A stretch of 64,000 nt of DNA, taken from positions 96,001 to 160,000 of the forward strand of contig JBGPFC010000001.1 in the NCBI GenBank assembly GCA_041483195.1. Direction: 5' to 3'. A program made the position numbers and the translations under genes. Shown here piece by piece: positions 8,765-19,481 of the stretch. Origin of the DNA: Candidatus Eiseniibacteriota bacterium (GTDB taxonomy: Bacteria > Eisenbacteria > RBG-16-71-46). Numbering within the stretch: position 1 is the stretch's first letter; the number at the start of each line of letters is the position of its first letter. Under the pieces are notes generated by a model. The model did no database searches. It was not told where the DNA came from and saw nothing but the letters and a program-made list of their open reading frames with translations.

Positions 8765-9787
8765 CTAGCGTCCGCCGCGCTTCTTTCCCTTCGCGACGCG
8801 CTTCGCCGCGGCCTTCGTTCCCGCCGCGCGCCCCGCGATCGCGGCCTCGGCTTCCTTCCAGTCGGCGGCGGTCAGGTCGAGGTCGATCGCCTTGAGATTT
8901 TCCTCGAGCTGCTCGATCCGCGTCGCGCCGATGATGGCGCTCGAAACGGCCGGCTCCTTCAGCACCCACGCGAGCGCCACCGGCGCGGGCCCCGGCAGCC
9001 GGCGCTTCGCGACCCACGCCGCGAAACGCTCGGCGGCGACGACGTTCTCCGGCGTGAGCGCCTTCTCGGCGGTGAGGAAATGCGCGAACGCCGTGGTGGC
9101 GCGGCTGCCCTTCGGCGTCGCGCCGCCCGCGTACTTGTTGGTGAGCACGCCCTGCGCGAGCGGCGAGTAAACGATCATCCCGATCCCGTGCTTGCGGCAG
9201 AAGGCGACGTGCTCGGCCTCGACGTGGCGATCGATCAGGCTGTAGCGCGGCTGGCTCGAGATCATGGCGTCCCATCCGCGCGCCTTCTGGATCGCGACCA
9301 CCTGGCGCGCCAGCGCGGGCTCGTGATCGAAGTTGGAGAAGCCGACGTAGCGCGTCTTCCCCATGCGCACCAGGTCCTCGAACGCGCGCAGCGTCTCTTC
9401 GATCGGCGAGTCCTTGTGCGGCGCGTGCGCCTGGTAGAGGTCGACGTAGTCGACACCCAGCCGCTTCAGGCTCTGGTCCATCGCGTCGAAGATGTGCTTG
9501 CGCGAGAGCCCCGCGCCGAGCGGGCCCTCCCACACCCGTCCCATCACCTTGGTCGCGATCACGAGCTGCTCGCGCGGCAGGCCGGTGATCGCCTTGCCGA
9601 GCACGGTCTCGGCCGCCCCGCGCACGTACACGTCGGCGGTGTCGAACAGGTTGATGCCCAGCTCGAACGCGCGCCGCACGATCGAGATCGCGTCGGACTC
9701 GTCCACCGATCCGCCGTAGGTGGTCCATGAGCCGAGCGCGAGCTCGGAAACCTTGAGGCCGGTGCTGCCGAGGCTGCGATATTTCAT
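8765..9787 (-). CDS. aldo/keto reductase (Kv-beta-like subfamily)
   Basis: MKYRSLGSTGLKVSELALGSW; FDTADVY; SLKRLGVDYVDLY; YSPLAQGVLT. Confidence 0.92.
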   Translation of the reverse strand: MKYRSLGSTGLKVSELALGSWTTYGGSVDESDAISIVRRAFELGINLFDTADVYVRGAAETVLGKAITGLPREQLVIATKVMGRVWEGPLGAGLSRKHIFDAMDQSLKRLGVDYVDLYQAHAPHKDSPIEETLRAFEDLVRMGKTRYVGFSNFDHEPALARQVVAIQKARGWDAMISSQPRYSLIDRHVEAEHVAFCRKHGIGMIVYSPLAQGVLTNKYAGGATPKGSRATTAFAHFLTAEKALTPENVVAAERFAAWVAKRRLPGPAPVALAWVLKEPAVSSAIIGATRIEQLEENLKAIDLDLTAADWKEAEAAIAGRAAGTKAAAKRVAKGKKRGGR

Positions 9788-9827
9788 GCGTGCTCCGTGA
9801 CTCGGGTGTGGGTGGGCACGTGCGGAA

Positions 9828-10616
9828 TCAGCGCGGCGGGCGCGGCGCGGCGAACGGCGGCTGCGATTCCGCCGCCGCCATGTCGTCGGCGGCGAAGTAG
9901 CTCACGACGGTTTCCTTCATGCCCGGCCGCGTGTACACGTCGGCGCGCGGGCGCTCGATCACGCCCGCGATCACGTCGGCGACGTCCTCGACCGTCTGCG
10001 CGTTCGGGAACGACCGGGAATCGATTCCGCCGCCCAGCGCGTGCATCCCGAACTCGGTCGCGACCACGCCGGGCGAGACGAGCGAGACGTGGATGCCGGG
10101 GTATTTCTCGCGCAGGTCCATGCGCAGGTTGGCGGTGAGCGAGTTGAGCGCGTGCTTGGCGGCGCTGTAGGCCGAGCGCATCGTGGCGAACGGCACGCGG
10201 CCCAGCATCGAGGACAGGTTGATGATGTGCCCGCGCCCGCGCTCCTGAAAGTGGGGCAGCACGGTCTGCATGCCGTAGAGCGCGGACTTCACGTTGACGC
10301 GCATCATCTCGTCGAACTCTTCGTCGGTGAGATCGGAGACCGGTCGCGTGATGCCGCGCCCGGCGTTGTTGACCCACACGTCGATCTGGCCGAAGCGCTC
10401 GATCGCGGCGTCGAACACGCGCTTCACGTCCAAGCGGCAGGTGACGTCGGCGACCACCGCCAGCGCGTTCGGACCCGACTGCGCAGCGGCCGCGCGCAAC
10501 TCGGCCTCGCGGCGCGCGGCGAGCACCACGCGCGCGCCGTCGCGTCCCATGCGCCGGGCGAGCGCGGCCCCGATGCCGCCGCTGCCGCCGGTGATGACGA
10601 TCACGAGGTCGTTCAT
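9828..10616 (-). CDS. SDR family oxidoreductase
   Basis: TGGSGGIG; VNNAG; catalytic YSAAK; start moved to MNDLVIV. Confidence 0.92.
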   Translation of the reverse strand: MNDLVIVITGGSGGIGAALARRMGRDGARVVLAARREAELRAAAAQSGPNALAVVADVTCRLDVKRVFDAAIERFGQIDVWVNNAGRGITRPVSDLTDEEFDEMMRVNVKSALYGMQTVLPHFQERGRGHIINLSSMLGRVPFATMRSAYSAAKHALNSLTANLRMDLREKYPGIHVSLVSPGVVATEFGMHALGGGIDSRSFPNAQTVEDVADVIAGVIERPRADVYTRPGMKETVVSYFAADDMAAAESQPPFAAPRPPR

Positions 10617-10626
10617 TCTGCGAACT

Positions 10627-11814
10627 CTACCGAGGATGCCCGGCCCCGTCCAACGCGGCGTCCCTTCGTCTCGCAAGGATTACCGATCCCGCCACCAGCA
10701 GTAGCCCGGCGAGTAGTCCCGCGACGGCCCGCGTGGACATGGGGACGGCGGTGGAACACGCGTCATTTGACACGACGGCGTCGGGCTCGGTGATGCTCGC
10801 CAGCGAGACGCCGGGATCCAGAAGCACCTGGCCGCGAATGTGAATCTCGCCTCCTGGCGCGGCGATGACGGTGGAACCCGCCGCGTTGCCTCGCAAGTCG
10901 ATCGGCGTCTCCATGTCTCCGCCATCGATGCACACGAGTCTCCCTGCGAGGATCTGACCGGGAACCATGTTCCTCAGGCTGATCTCCCCACCCGGTGCCC
11001 CGAGCAACTCGATGGCCTCGCCCGTCTGGCGATCATTCTGAGCGAGAACGATCTGACGCGGGGCTTGCGTGACCGCGCTTCCTCCGGCTCCATTCGTCGC
11101 GGTCCCCGCGCCTCCGCTGCCTCCCTCATTCGTGCCCCCCATCGCGGCATCGCGCCCCTTGTTGGTGACGCTGCCTCCCCTCCCGCCTGCCGAGTTCGCG
11201 CTGGTGCTGGGTCCGCCACCACCTCCGGTTTCCCTGCCATCGTTTCGCACCGCGTCCCCGGTGACGGTCACGCTCCCACCGTCACCCCCCTGTTGCCCGC
11301 CCGCGCCCTCACCGCCACGGAGGTACGCGCTGTTGGCCAGCGTTACGTTGCCGGTCGTGCTCGTTAGCGTGACGGACCCTCCATGGAGACTTCCGACCCC
11401 GCCATCCATACCTCGGACCGTATTGCCCGTGCCGACGCTGATGTCCTTCTCGGCGGTGATCTGGACGCCTGCGCCAGCTTCGTTGCCCAGGATGATGGTG
11501 GATGGAGGGTTACTCGGGTCACTATTCGCGAGTATAAGTGAATTGACGCGCTTGAGGACCCGCGTGGTCGTGATCCATCCGGAATTCCCTGGGATGACGA
11601 CGTCGTGATTTGGGGCCGGCGCGACCCCGGCACTCCAATTGCCACCGGTCTCCCACTTGCCGTCGGACGTCGCGCCCGTCCAGGTGTTGGCGACCAGTTG
11701 CGCCTGGGCCGGGCTGGAGCCGGAGACTGCGGTCAGGATCAACAGACCACATGATTGAAGGGTGACGCCGAACATCCGTCGTGCGGCTCTTGTGACTGAA
11801 AATCGCGTACGCAT
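10627..11814 (-). CDS. secreted Gly-rich surface protein with IPTL/PEP-CTERM-like C-terminal sorting signal
   Basis: AAGGAGG RBS before MRTRFS; signal peptide ending AQA|Q; TWTG..W...NW passenger-like motif; GGSVT repeats; C-terminal AVPM + TM helix + RRR. Confidence 0.7.
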   Translation of the reverse strand: MRTRFSVTRAARRMFGVTLQSCGLLILTAVSGSSPAQAQLVANTWTGATSDGKWETGGNWSAGVAPAPNHDVVIPGNSGWITTTRVLKRVNSLILANSDPSNPPSTIILGNEAGAGVQITAEKDISVGTGNTVRGMDGGVGSLHGGSVTLTSTTGNVTLANSAYLRGGEGAGGQQGGDGGSVTVTGDAVRNDGRETGGGGGPSTSANSAGGRGGSVTNKGRDAAMGGTNEGGSGGAGTATNGAGGSAVTQAPRQIVLAQNDRQTGEAIELLGAPGGEISLRNMVPGQILAGRLVCIDGGDMETPIDLRGNAAGSTVIAAPGGEIHIRGQVLLDPGVSLASITEPDAVVSNDACSTAVPMSTRAVAGLLAGLLLVAGSVILARRRDAALDGAGHPR

Positions 11815-11916
11815 CAGACCCCTCCTTGCGCCAAGCAGTCGGGATCGATGCTCGGGCTCGCTCATGGAGCATCGATCGCATGCCGGCGCGCCGGGTCGCC
11901 GGGGCCCGGCTAGCGC

Positions 11917-11932
11917 TGCAAGACAAGTGCCC
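11917..11932 (-). promoter_or_regulatory. putative sigma54 -24/-12 promoter
   Basis: GGGCAC-TTGTC-TTGCA on the minus strand (GG-N10-GC), about 100 nt upstream of start 11814. Confidence 0.5.
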
Positions 11933-12181
11933 GCCCACCATGCGCCACCGTCGTTCTTGGAAGGGGCTCGGGACCAACGGATTGCGTCGGCCTCCTCTCG
12001 CCTCGAGGAATGCGTCCGGGGCTTCGCCCTGTCAGCCCAGCACCACGTACGGCCGATTCTGTCAGTCCGGCGGCCGATGCATTCGTGCCCGTGACTCCCG
12101 GGCGAACTCGCGCGCACGATCCTCGTTGGCGGACCTTCGAACCGGTGTACTTGAGAGAGCGGCTCGCGTTACTCTCCCCGC

Positions 12182-14515
12182 ATGACTCCCCGCCCCACGC
12201 ATTCCAGCGGTGGCCGCTTTCGCCTGCGCGATCTCATCCCGATCGGCCAGGGACGCCACCCGCGGCCGCGGCCCTACCTCGAAATGATCCAGATCGCGTG
12301 GGAGAACCGCGACAACCTGCCCTACGCGTGGCGGATCCTCACCCGCGGCGTGTGCGACGGCTGCTCGCTCGGGCCGCGCGGCCTGCGCGACGACGTGATC
12401 TCGGGCGTCCACCTGTGCATGACGCGCCTCAAGCTGCTCCGCCTGAACACCATGGGCCCGATCCCGGACGATCGCTTGCGCGATCTCGGGCCGCTGCGCG
12501 CGATGAGCAACGAGGCGCTCCACCAGCTGGGGCGCCTCCCCTATCCCCTCATCCATCGCGCGGGCAGCGACACGCTCCATCGCCTGTCGTGGGACGAGGC
12601 GTTCGCGATCGTGCGCGAGGAGCTGGAAGCGGTGCCGGGCGAGCGCATGGGATTCTTCGCGACCTCGCGCGGGCTGGTGAACGAGACTTACTACGCGTTC
12701 CAGAAGGTGGCGCGGCTGCTCGGCAGCAATCACGTGGACCTCTGCGCGCGGCTCTGTCACGCGGCGAGCGTGGCGGGGCTCAAGGAGACGCTCGGGGTTC
12801 CGGCGCCGACCTGCTCGCTGAAGGACATGATCGGCGCCGACCTGGTGGTGATCATGGGCTCCCACCTCGCGAACAATCAGCCGGTCACGATGAAGTACCT
12901 GTGCTATGCGAAGCGGCGGGGCACCAGGATCGTGGTCGTGAACCCGATGCGCGAGCCGGGGCTCGAGCGCTACTGGGTGCCGAGCGACGTGCGCAGCGCG
13001 CTGTTCGGCACCAGGCTCATGGACGACTTCTTCCAGGTGGGCGTGGGCGGCGACATCGCGTTCATGCACGGCGTGCTCAAGCAACTGATCGCGCACGAGT
13101 GGCTCGACGGAGAATTCATCGCGCGCCGCACCAGCGGGTTCGACGAGCTGCGCGAGCTGGTCCAGGGCATTACCTGGGAGACGCTCGAGCGCGAATCGGG
13201 CCTGGGCCGGGGCGACATGCTGCGCTTCGCGGAGCGTTACGCGCGGGCGAAGACCGCGGTGTTCGTGTACAGCATGGGTCTCACCCAGCACCGCTTCGGC
13301 GTGGACAACGTGAAGGCGCTGGTCAACCTCGCGCTCGCGCGCGGCATGCTGGGGCGCGAGAAGTGCGGCGTCATGCCGATCCGCGGGCATTCCGGGGTGC
13401 AGGGTGGCGGCGAGTGCGGGGTGGATCCCGACAAGTACCCGGGCGGCTTCGAGGTCGCGCACTCGGAAGACCGCGCGCGGTTCGAGGAGTTGTGGGGCGC
13501 GCCGCTGCCCGCGTGGAAGGGCAAGCGCACGCTCCAGATGCTCGAGGCCGCGCACCAGGGCGCGATCGACTTCCTCTACTCGCTGGGCGGCAACCTGCTC
13601 GAGACCATGCCCGACCGCGCCTACATGCAGGAGGCGCTCGCGCGCGTGAAGCTGCGCGTCCACCAGGACATCGTGCTCAACACCTCGTCGCTGCTCGCGG
13701 GGCGCGCCGTGATCCTGCTGCCAGCGCAGACCCGATACGAGACCCCGGGCGGCGGCACCGCCACCAGCACCGAGCGCCGCATCCGGTTCACGCCCGAGAT
13801 CGAAGGGCCGCGCATCGCCGAGGCACGGCCCGAGTGGGAGATCCCGGTGCGGCTCGCGATCGCGGCGCGTCCCGCGCTCGCCGCGCGCTTCGCGTGGCGC
13901 GGCACCCCCGACATCCGCGCCGAGATGGCGCGCGCGATGCCGCTCTACGCCGGGATCGAATCGCTCGCGGGCGAGGGGCAGTGGGTGCAGTGGGGCGGCG
14001 AGCGGCTCTTCACCGACGGGTTCACGCGCATGCCCGATGGGCGCGCGCGCTTCACGCCGGTCGCGTTGCCCTCGATCGCGATCCCGCCCGGGAAGTTCTA
14101 CCTCACGACGCGGCGCGGGAAGCAGTTCAACAGCATGAGCTGGGGACAGCGCGACCTGCTGATGGGCAGCCCGACGCGCCGCGACGTGTTGATGTGCGCG
14201 GAGGACGCGCGCGGCATGGGCGTCGAGGACGGCGCCGCGATCGTGCTGCGCTCCGAGGTCGGCGAGTGGAGCGGCATCGCGCGGCTCGCGCCGATGAAGC
14301 CGCGGCACGTGCAGGCCTACTGGCCAGAGACCAACGTGCTGATTTCACGCCGCTTTGACCCGGTCTCTGGCGAGCCCGACTACAATGCCATGGTGACCAT
14401 CGAGCCTGCCGGGGCGCTCCCCGGCACGACCCCCGCGCCGGTCGAGAACGCGCGGCGCGCATCGGCCACCGAGCCATCGCCCGCCATGGCGCACGCCGAG
14501 GGCAAGGCGCGCTGA
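12182..14515 (+). CDS. FdhF/YdeP family molybdopterin oxidoreductase
   Basis: CDGC; Cys-type CARLCHAAS; PIRGHSGVQG; TRRGKQFNS; SGEPDYN. Confidence 0.9.
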   Translation: MTPRPTHSSGGRFRLRDLIPIGQGRHPRPRPYLEMIQIAWENRDNLPYAWRILTRGVCDGCSLGPRGLRDDVISGVHLCMTRLKLLRLNTMGPIPDDRLRDLGPLRAMSNEALHQLGRLPYPLIHRAGSDTLHRLSWDEAFAIVREELEAVPGERMGFFATSRGLVNETYYAFQKVARLLGSNHVDLCARLCHAASVAGLKETLGVPAPTCSLKDMIGADLVVIMGSHLANNQPVTMKYLCYAKRRGTRIVVVNPMREPGLERYWVPSDVRSALFGTRLMDDFFQVGVGGDIAFMHGVLKQLIAHEWLDGEFIARRTSGFDELRELVQGITWETLERESGLGRGDMLRFAERYARAKTAVFVYSMGLTQHRFGVDNVKALVNLALARGMLGREKCGVMPIRGHSGVQGGGECGVDPDKYPGGFEVAHSEDRARFEELWGAPLPAWKGKRTLQMLEAAHQGAIDFLYSLGGNLLETMPDRAYMQEALARVKLRVHQDIVLNTSSLLAGRAVILLPAQTRYETPGGGTATSTERRIRFTPEIEGPRIAEARPEWEIPVRLAIAARPALAARFAWRGTPDIRAEMARAMPLYAGIESLAGEGQWVQWGGERLFTDGFTRMPDGRARFTPVALPSIAIPPGKFYLTTRRGKQFNSMSWGQRDLLMGSPTRRDVLMCAEDARGMGVEDGAAIVLRSEVGEWSGIARLAPMKPRHVQAYWPETNVLISRRFDPVSGEPDYNAMVTIEPAGALPGTTPAPVENARRASATEPSPAMAHAEGKAR

Positions 14516-14550
14516 GCGCCGGCCGCCATCCCCTTCCGGAGGAATGTTTC

Positions 14551-15471
14551 GTGACGACGACCCGGCCGCGACGCTCCCTGCTGTGGATGTCGCTCGTCTG
14601 CGCGCTGTGCGCGCCGGGGATCCCGGCCGCCGCGCCGGCCGAGCACACGAAGGCCGCAGACAAGCCCGGCGCCGCCGCGCCCGACCTCGCCGAGTACCAG
14701 AAGTTTCTCGACGACTACCTCACCGTGATCTCGGCGAAGGGCGAGCCCATCGATACGCGCTTCGACTACGAGAGGCTCTACGATGTGCGCGGGCGCTACG
14801 AGCGCCTCGCGCGCATCAAGCGCGGGCTGATGAGCGTGCCGCCCTCCCGGATGAGCGACGCCGCGCGCAAGGCGTGGGCGATCAACCTGTACAACTTCAC
14901 GGTGATCGAGAGCGGCACCAACAACCTGCTGGTGCCGGATCGCGGGCGCCTGCGTCACAAGACCCTGCGCGAGATCCGCCTGCGCGGGGGGAACTTCTTC
15001 GAGGCGCCGGTGATCGACGTCGAGGGCGTGACGTATTCGCTCGACGAATTCGAGCGCCACTTCCTGCTCGCCGACTTCGATCGCGACTCGGGCGGCGGTC
15101 CGCCCGCCGCGCTCGATCCGCGCGTGCACTTCGCGGTCGTGTGCGGCGCCCTGGGCTGCCCGCCGCTGCTGCCGCGCGCCTACCGGGGCGACTCGCTCGA
15201 GATCCAGCTCGAATTCGCGACCCGCAACGCGCTCGGGCTGGAGCGCCACCTGCGCATCGGCGGCAAGGCCCGCCGGCTCGAGGCGAGCGAGATCTTCCAC
15301 TGGTACGCCGCCGACTTCGGCGGCCTCGCGAAGGCCTTCGAATTCCTGAAGGCGCACGCGACGCCCGCGATGCGCAAGGCGATCCAGGCGGGGGGCTACA
15401 CCGGCATCACGGGCATCATCCCGTGGGACTGGAACCTGAATCAGACCGTGCACAAGAAGACGACCGGCTGA
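14551..15471 (+). CDS. DUF547 domain secreted protein
   Basis: AWAINLYN; DPRVHFAVVCGALGCPPL; IFHWYAADF; WDWNLN. Confidence 0.85.
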   Translation: MTTTRPRRSLLWMSLVCALCAPGIPAAAPAEHTKAADKPGAAAPDLAEYQKFLDDYLTVISAKGEPIDTRFDYERLYDVRGRYERLARIKRGLMSVPPSRMSDAARKAWAINLYNFTVIESGTNNLLVPDRGRLRHKTLREIRLRGGNFFEAPVIDVEGVTYSLDEFERHFLLADFDRDSGGGPPAALDPRVHFAVVCGALGCPPLLPRAYRGDSLEIQLEFATRNALGLERHLRIGGKARRLEASEIFHWYAADFGGLAKAFEFLKAHATPAMRKAIQAGGYTGITGIIPWDWNLNQTVHKKTTG

Positions 15472-15480
15472 GCGAGGCTC

Positions 15481-16491
15481 CTAGCTCCGTCCCATCGCCC
15501 GGAGCGCGACCCACACCAGCGCCGCGACCGCACCGGCGGCCGGCATCGTGAGGAACCACGCCCACACGATGCGGCCCGCCACGCCCCACTTCACCGCAGA
15601 GAGCTTCTGCGTCGCGCTCACCCCGACCCCGAGAATCGATCCGGTGATGGTGTGCGTGGTCGAGACCGGAATCCCCGCGGTGCTCGCGGCAAACAGCGAG
15701 ATCGCGCCGGCGGTCTCCGCGCAGAATCCGCCCACCGGCTGGAGCTTGGTGATGTTCATGCCCATGGTCTTCACGATCCGCCAGCCGCCCGTGAGCGTGC
15801 CCAGCCCGATCGCGCCGTAGCTCGCGACGATCACCCACATCGGCACGTGGAACGCGCCGGTGAGATTGCCGGTGGAGTAGAGCAGCGCGGTGATGATCCC
15901 GGCGGTCTTCTGCGCGTCGTTCGAGCCGTGGCCGAGGCTGAACGCCGCGGCGGAGACCAGCTGGAGCCGCCGGAACCACGAATCCACGGCGCGCGGCGTG
16001 GCTCGCCGGAAGATCCACATCACGGCCAGCATGCTGAGGAATCCGAGGATCAGCCCCAGCACCGGCGAAACCACGATGAAGATCGCGGTCTTGGTGACGC
16101 CCGAGGCGACCACCGCGGTCGGCCCGTGCGAGACGAGCGCAGCGCCCACGAAGCCGCCGATCAGCGCGTGCGAAGAGGAGGTGGGCAGACCCAGCCACCA
16201 GGTCAGAAGGTTCCAGGCGAGCGCCGCGATCAGCGCCGCGAACACGATCGCGGGCGTCACGATCGCGGGATCGACCGTGCCCTTGGCGATGGTCTTTGCG
16301 ACGTGCACGCCGAAGATCGCGAACGCGATGAAGTTGAAGAACGCCGCCCACACCACCGCCTGCCGCGGCGACAGCACGCGGGTGCTCACCACCGTGGCGA
16401 TCGAGTTGGCGGCGTCGTGGAAGCCGTTGCTGAAGTCGAAGAGCAGCGCGACCGCGATGATCGCGGCGACGGCGAGCGGCAGCCCGAACAT
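15481..16491 (-). CDS. pit: inorganic phosphate transporter (PiT family)
   Basis: NGFHDAANSIAT; GLPTSSSHA; HGSNDAQK; PVSTTH. Confidence 0.93.
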   Translation of the reverse strand: MFGLPLAVAAIIAVALLFDFSNGFHDAANSIATVVSTRVLSPRQAVVWAAFFNFIAFAIFGVHVAKTIAKGTVDPAIVTPAIVFAALIAALAWNLLTWWLGLPTSSSHALIGGFVGAALVSHGPTAVVASGVTKTAIFIVVSPVLGLILGFLSMLAVMWIFRRATPRAVDSWFRRLQLVSAAAFSLGHGSNDAQKTAGIITALLYSTGNLTGAFHVPMWVIVASYGAIGLGTLTGGWRIVKTMGMNITKLQPVGGFCAETAGAISLFAASTAGIPVSTTHTITGSILGVGVSATQKLSAVKWGVAGRIVWAWFLTMPAAGAVAALVWVALRAMGRS

Positions 16492-17105
16492 CAGCGGCTC
16501 TTGAGGACGATGGACTCGATGACGTTCGCGACGTCCTCGCAGAGGTCGGCGGCGCCTTCGAGCCGGCCGTAGATCTCCTTCCAGCGCATGATGTCGAGCA
16601 CCTCGTGGGGGCCCGAGAACAGGTCGGCCACCACGTCACGCGAGATGGTGTCGGCCTCGTTCTCGAGGCGGTTGATCTCGATCGAGAACGACATCAGGCC
16701 CTTGAAGTCCTTGAGGTGGTCCACCGCCTGCTCAATCTGCGCGCCGCACTTCACCAGGATGGCGGTGAGCTGCCGGGCCTCGGGCGTCGTGCGCTGGACC
16801 TTGTAGAGCACCAGCCGGCTGCCGGTCGCCTCGACCGCATCGAGCACGTCGTCGAGGCCGCTCGCGAGGTTGTGGATGTCCTCGCGCTCGAGCGGCGTGA
16901 TGAAGGTGCGGTTGAGCCGCTCGAACAGGTCGTGGGTCACGATGTCGCCCTCGTGCTCGACGTCCTTGAGCGCCTTCGCGCGGGCTTCGAGATTGTCGAA
17001 GCGCTCCATCATCTCGTGGAGCTGATCGCAGCCCTTCTTCACAAGGGCGGCCTGCTTCTTGAAAAGCACGAAGAAGTTCTCTTCTCTGGGGAACAACGAG
17101 AACAT
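16491..17105 (-). CDS. DUF47 (PhoU-like) Pit accessory protein
   Basis: EHEGD; TFITPLEREDI; LENEAD; directly upstream of pit. Confidence 0.9.
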   Translation of the reverse strand: MFSLFPREENFFVLFKKQAALVKKGCDQLHEMMERFDNLEARAKALKDVEHEGDIVTHDLFERLNRTFITPLEREDIHNLASGLDDVLDAVEATGSRLVLYKVQRTTPEARQLTAILVKCGAQIEQAVDHLKDFKGLMSFSIEINRLENEADTISRDVVADLFSGPHEVLDIMRWKEIYGRLEGAADLCEDVANVIESIVLKSR

Positions 17106-17294
17106 GGTCACCTCGCGGGCGTGAGCGTCATTGCGCGAGTCGCGGCGCAGCATGGGGGTCGATTTCCGCCGAAGGGATAGCACGGGACCGCGAGGGCGGG
17201 CAAGGCCGGCTCGGGTGTATGCTGCCCGGCGGTCTGGCCCGCACGGGTCCCCTGCCCCGCGGGCCTCGGTCCCCTATCTTCAGGAGGCGCCGCC

Positions 17295-19394
17295 ATGAAA
17301 CATCGTTCCCCGTTCATCGTGCTCGCCCTCGGCCTCTCGCTGTTCGCCCTCGCCGCGCACGCCGGCACCAGGCAGTGGACCAGCGACGACATCCTCGCGA
17401 TGAAGACCGTGAGCGACGCGCAGGTCTCCCCCGACGGCAAGTGGGTGGCGTACGTCGTGTCGGAGCTCAACGCCGACAGGAGCGAATACCAGACCGACGT
17501 GTGGCTGGTCTCCACCGCCGGCGGCGAGGCGCGCCGCCTCACCGCCTCCACCGCCGCCGACGAATTTCCGCGCTGGTCGCCCGACGGCAAGCTGGTCGCG
17601 TTCCTCTCCGAGCGCCCGCGCCCCAACGTGAAGCCCGACGCCCCGAAGGATCCGGGCGGCGATGAGGCCAAGCGCCAGCTCTGGCTGATTCACCCGGACG
17701 GCGGCGAGGCGTGGATGCTCTCCGACGCGAAGGGCGGCGTCTCGTCGTTCGAGTGGTCGCGCGACGGCAAGCAGGTCGCCTACCTCTCGAAGGAACCGAA
17801 GAGCGACGATCGCAAGAAGAAGGAAAAGGACAAGGACGACGCCATCACGCCGAGCGAGATGTACGCGTGGAACCGGCTGTGGGTGATGGACGTCGCGACC
17901 AGGAAGGCCACGCAGCTCACGAGCGGCGACTTTCACGTGTCGAGCTACTCGTTCGCGCCAGACGGCAAGCGACTCGCGATCGCGGGGCAGCCCACGCCGC
18001 TCATCCCCGACAACTTCAACTCGGACATCTACCTGATCTCGGCGGCCGGCGGAAAGCCCACGCCGCTGGTGGCGCGGCCCGGCACCGACAATCGCCCGGA
18101 GTGGTCGCCCGACGGCAAGTGGATCGCGTTCATCTCGCAGGACAGCCGCGGCACCGACTGGTTCACGAACAACTACGTGTGCATCGTCCCGCCCGCGGGC
18201 GGCGCGCCGAAGAACATCACCGCGACCTTCGACGAGCAGGCCGAGGGCCTGGGGGCCGGCGGACTCCAGTGGGCGCCGGATGGCAGTCACGTCGTGTTCC
18301 AGTCGAACCAGCACACCGCGCAGGCGATCTTCCGCGCGTTCCCCGACGGCAGGCCGGTCGAGCGCATCACGAACGGCCCCGAGATGAATTCGGTGCTCAG
18401 CTACGACGCGAAGGGCGACGTTGCGGTCTTCCTGCGGCAGGACAGCGAGCACCCGAACGAGGTCTATCGCCTCCCGCTCCCGAGCGGCGCGCCGGTCCAG
18501 CTCACCAACACCAACCCTCAAGTCGCCGACTTCCTCGCGTTCAGGAAGAACCTGATCACGTGGAAGGGCCCGGATGGAATGGACATCGAGGGGTTCGTGA
18601 TCTATCCGCCGAGTTTTAGGCAAGGGCAGAAGGTGCCGCTGCTGCTCAACGTGCACGGCGGGCCGGCGGGCACGCACTCGAACACGTGCAGCGTGGCCTC
18701 GAAGCTCTATCCGTGGCCGCTGTTCGCGCAGAAGGGCTACGCGATCCTGATGCCGAACCCGCGCGGCAGCGGCGGCTACGGCGAGGCGTTCCGCTCCGCG
18801 AACCGCCGCGACTGGGGCGGCAAGGATTACCAGGACATCATGGCGGGCGTCGACGCGCTGATCGAGCGCGGCGTGGTGGACTCCGATCACATGGCGGTGT
18901 GCGGCTGGTCGTACGGCGGGTTCATGACCTCGACCATCGTCACCAAGACCGACCGCTTCAAGGCGGCGGTGGTGGGCGCCGGGGTCACCGACCAGATCTC
19001 GATGAGCATGCTCACCGACATTCCCGATTTCAACCGCTCGTACTTCGGAGCCTGGCCGTGGGAGGATCCGCAGTTCTACGTCGACCACTCCGCGCTGCTG
19101 CACGCCGGCAACGTGAAGACGCCGACGCTCATCGTTCACGGGCAGGCCGACGATCGGGTGCCGACCGAGCAGGGCTGGGAGTTCTACCAGGCGCTCCACA
19201 AGCGCGGCATCGCGACCGACCTGCTGCTGCTCCCGCGCCAGCCGCACGGGCCGCGCGAGCCCAAGCTGCTGAAGACCGTTCAGCAGTGGCACCTCGACTG
19301 GATCGACAAGTACACACTCGCGCCATCGCCGGTCGCGCGTCGCGCGACCAAGCCGGCCGCGAGCGAGAAGGTCGCGACGGGCTCGACGCCATGA
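17295..19394 (+). CDS. secreted S9 family peptidase (acylaminoacyl/dipeptidyl peptidase-like)
   Basis: Signal peptide; WSPDGK propeller repeats; HGGP; nucleophile GWSYGG; DDRVP; QPHG. Confidence 0.92.
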   Translation: MKHRSPFIVLALGLSLFALAAHAGTRQWTSDDILAMKTVSDAQVSPDGKWVAYVVSELNADRSEYQTDVWLVSTAGGEARRLTASTAADEFPRWSPDGKLVAFLSERPRPNVKPDAPKDPGGDEAKRQLWLIHPDGGEAWMLSDAKGGVSSFEWSRDGKQVAYLSKEPKSDDRKKKEKDKDDAITPSEMYAWNRLWVMDVATRKATQLTSGDFHVSSYSFAPDGKRLAIAGQPTPLIPDNFNSDIYLISAAGGKPTPLVARPGTDNRPEWSPDGKWIAFISQDSRGTDWFTNNYVCIVPPAGGAPKNITATFDEQAEGLGAGGLQWAPDGSHVVFQSNQHTAQAIFRAFPDGRPVERITNGPEMNSVLSYDAKGDVAVFLRQDSEHPNEVYRLPLPSGAPVQLTNTNPQVADFLAFRKNLITWKGPDGMDIEGFVIYPPSFRQGQKVPLLLNVHGGPAGTHSNTCSVASKLYPWPLFAQKGYAILMPNPRGSGGYGEAFRSANRRDWGGKDYQDIMAGVDALIERGVVDSDHMAVCGWSYGGFMTSTIVTKTDRFKAAVVGAGVTDQISMSMLTDIPDFNRSYFGAWPWEDPQFYVDHSALLHAGNVKTPTLIVHGQADDRVPTEQGWEFYQALHKRGIATDLLLLPRQPHGPREPKLLKTVQQWHLDWIDKYTLAPSPVARRATKPAASEKVATGSTP

Positions 19395-19481
19395 CGGCGC
19401 GGGCTCCGCACGGAGGCGGAACCCCTGCGTTGCGGACGGTCCGCGCATGAGGCGGCGGGCCGTCGCGGGAATCGACTCCCG

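Noticed and set aside
12182..14515. Selenocysteine formate dehydrogenase
   Set aside because: The ORF is uninterrupted and has Cys at the Mo-ligand position (CARLCH), so it is YdeP/FdhF-like Cys type
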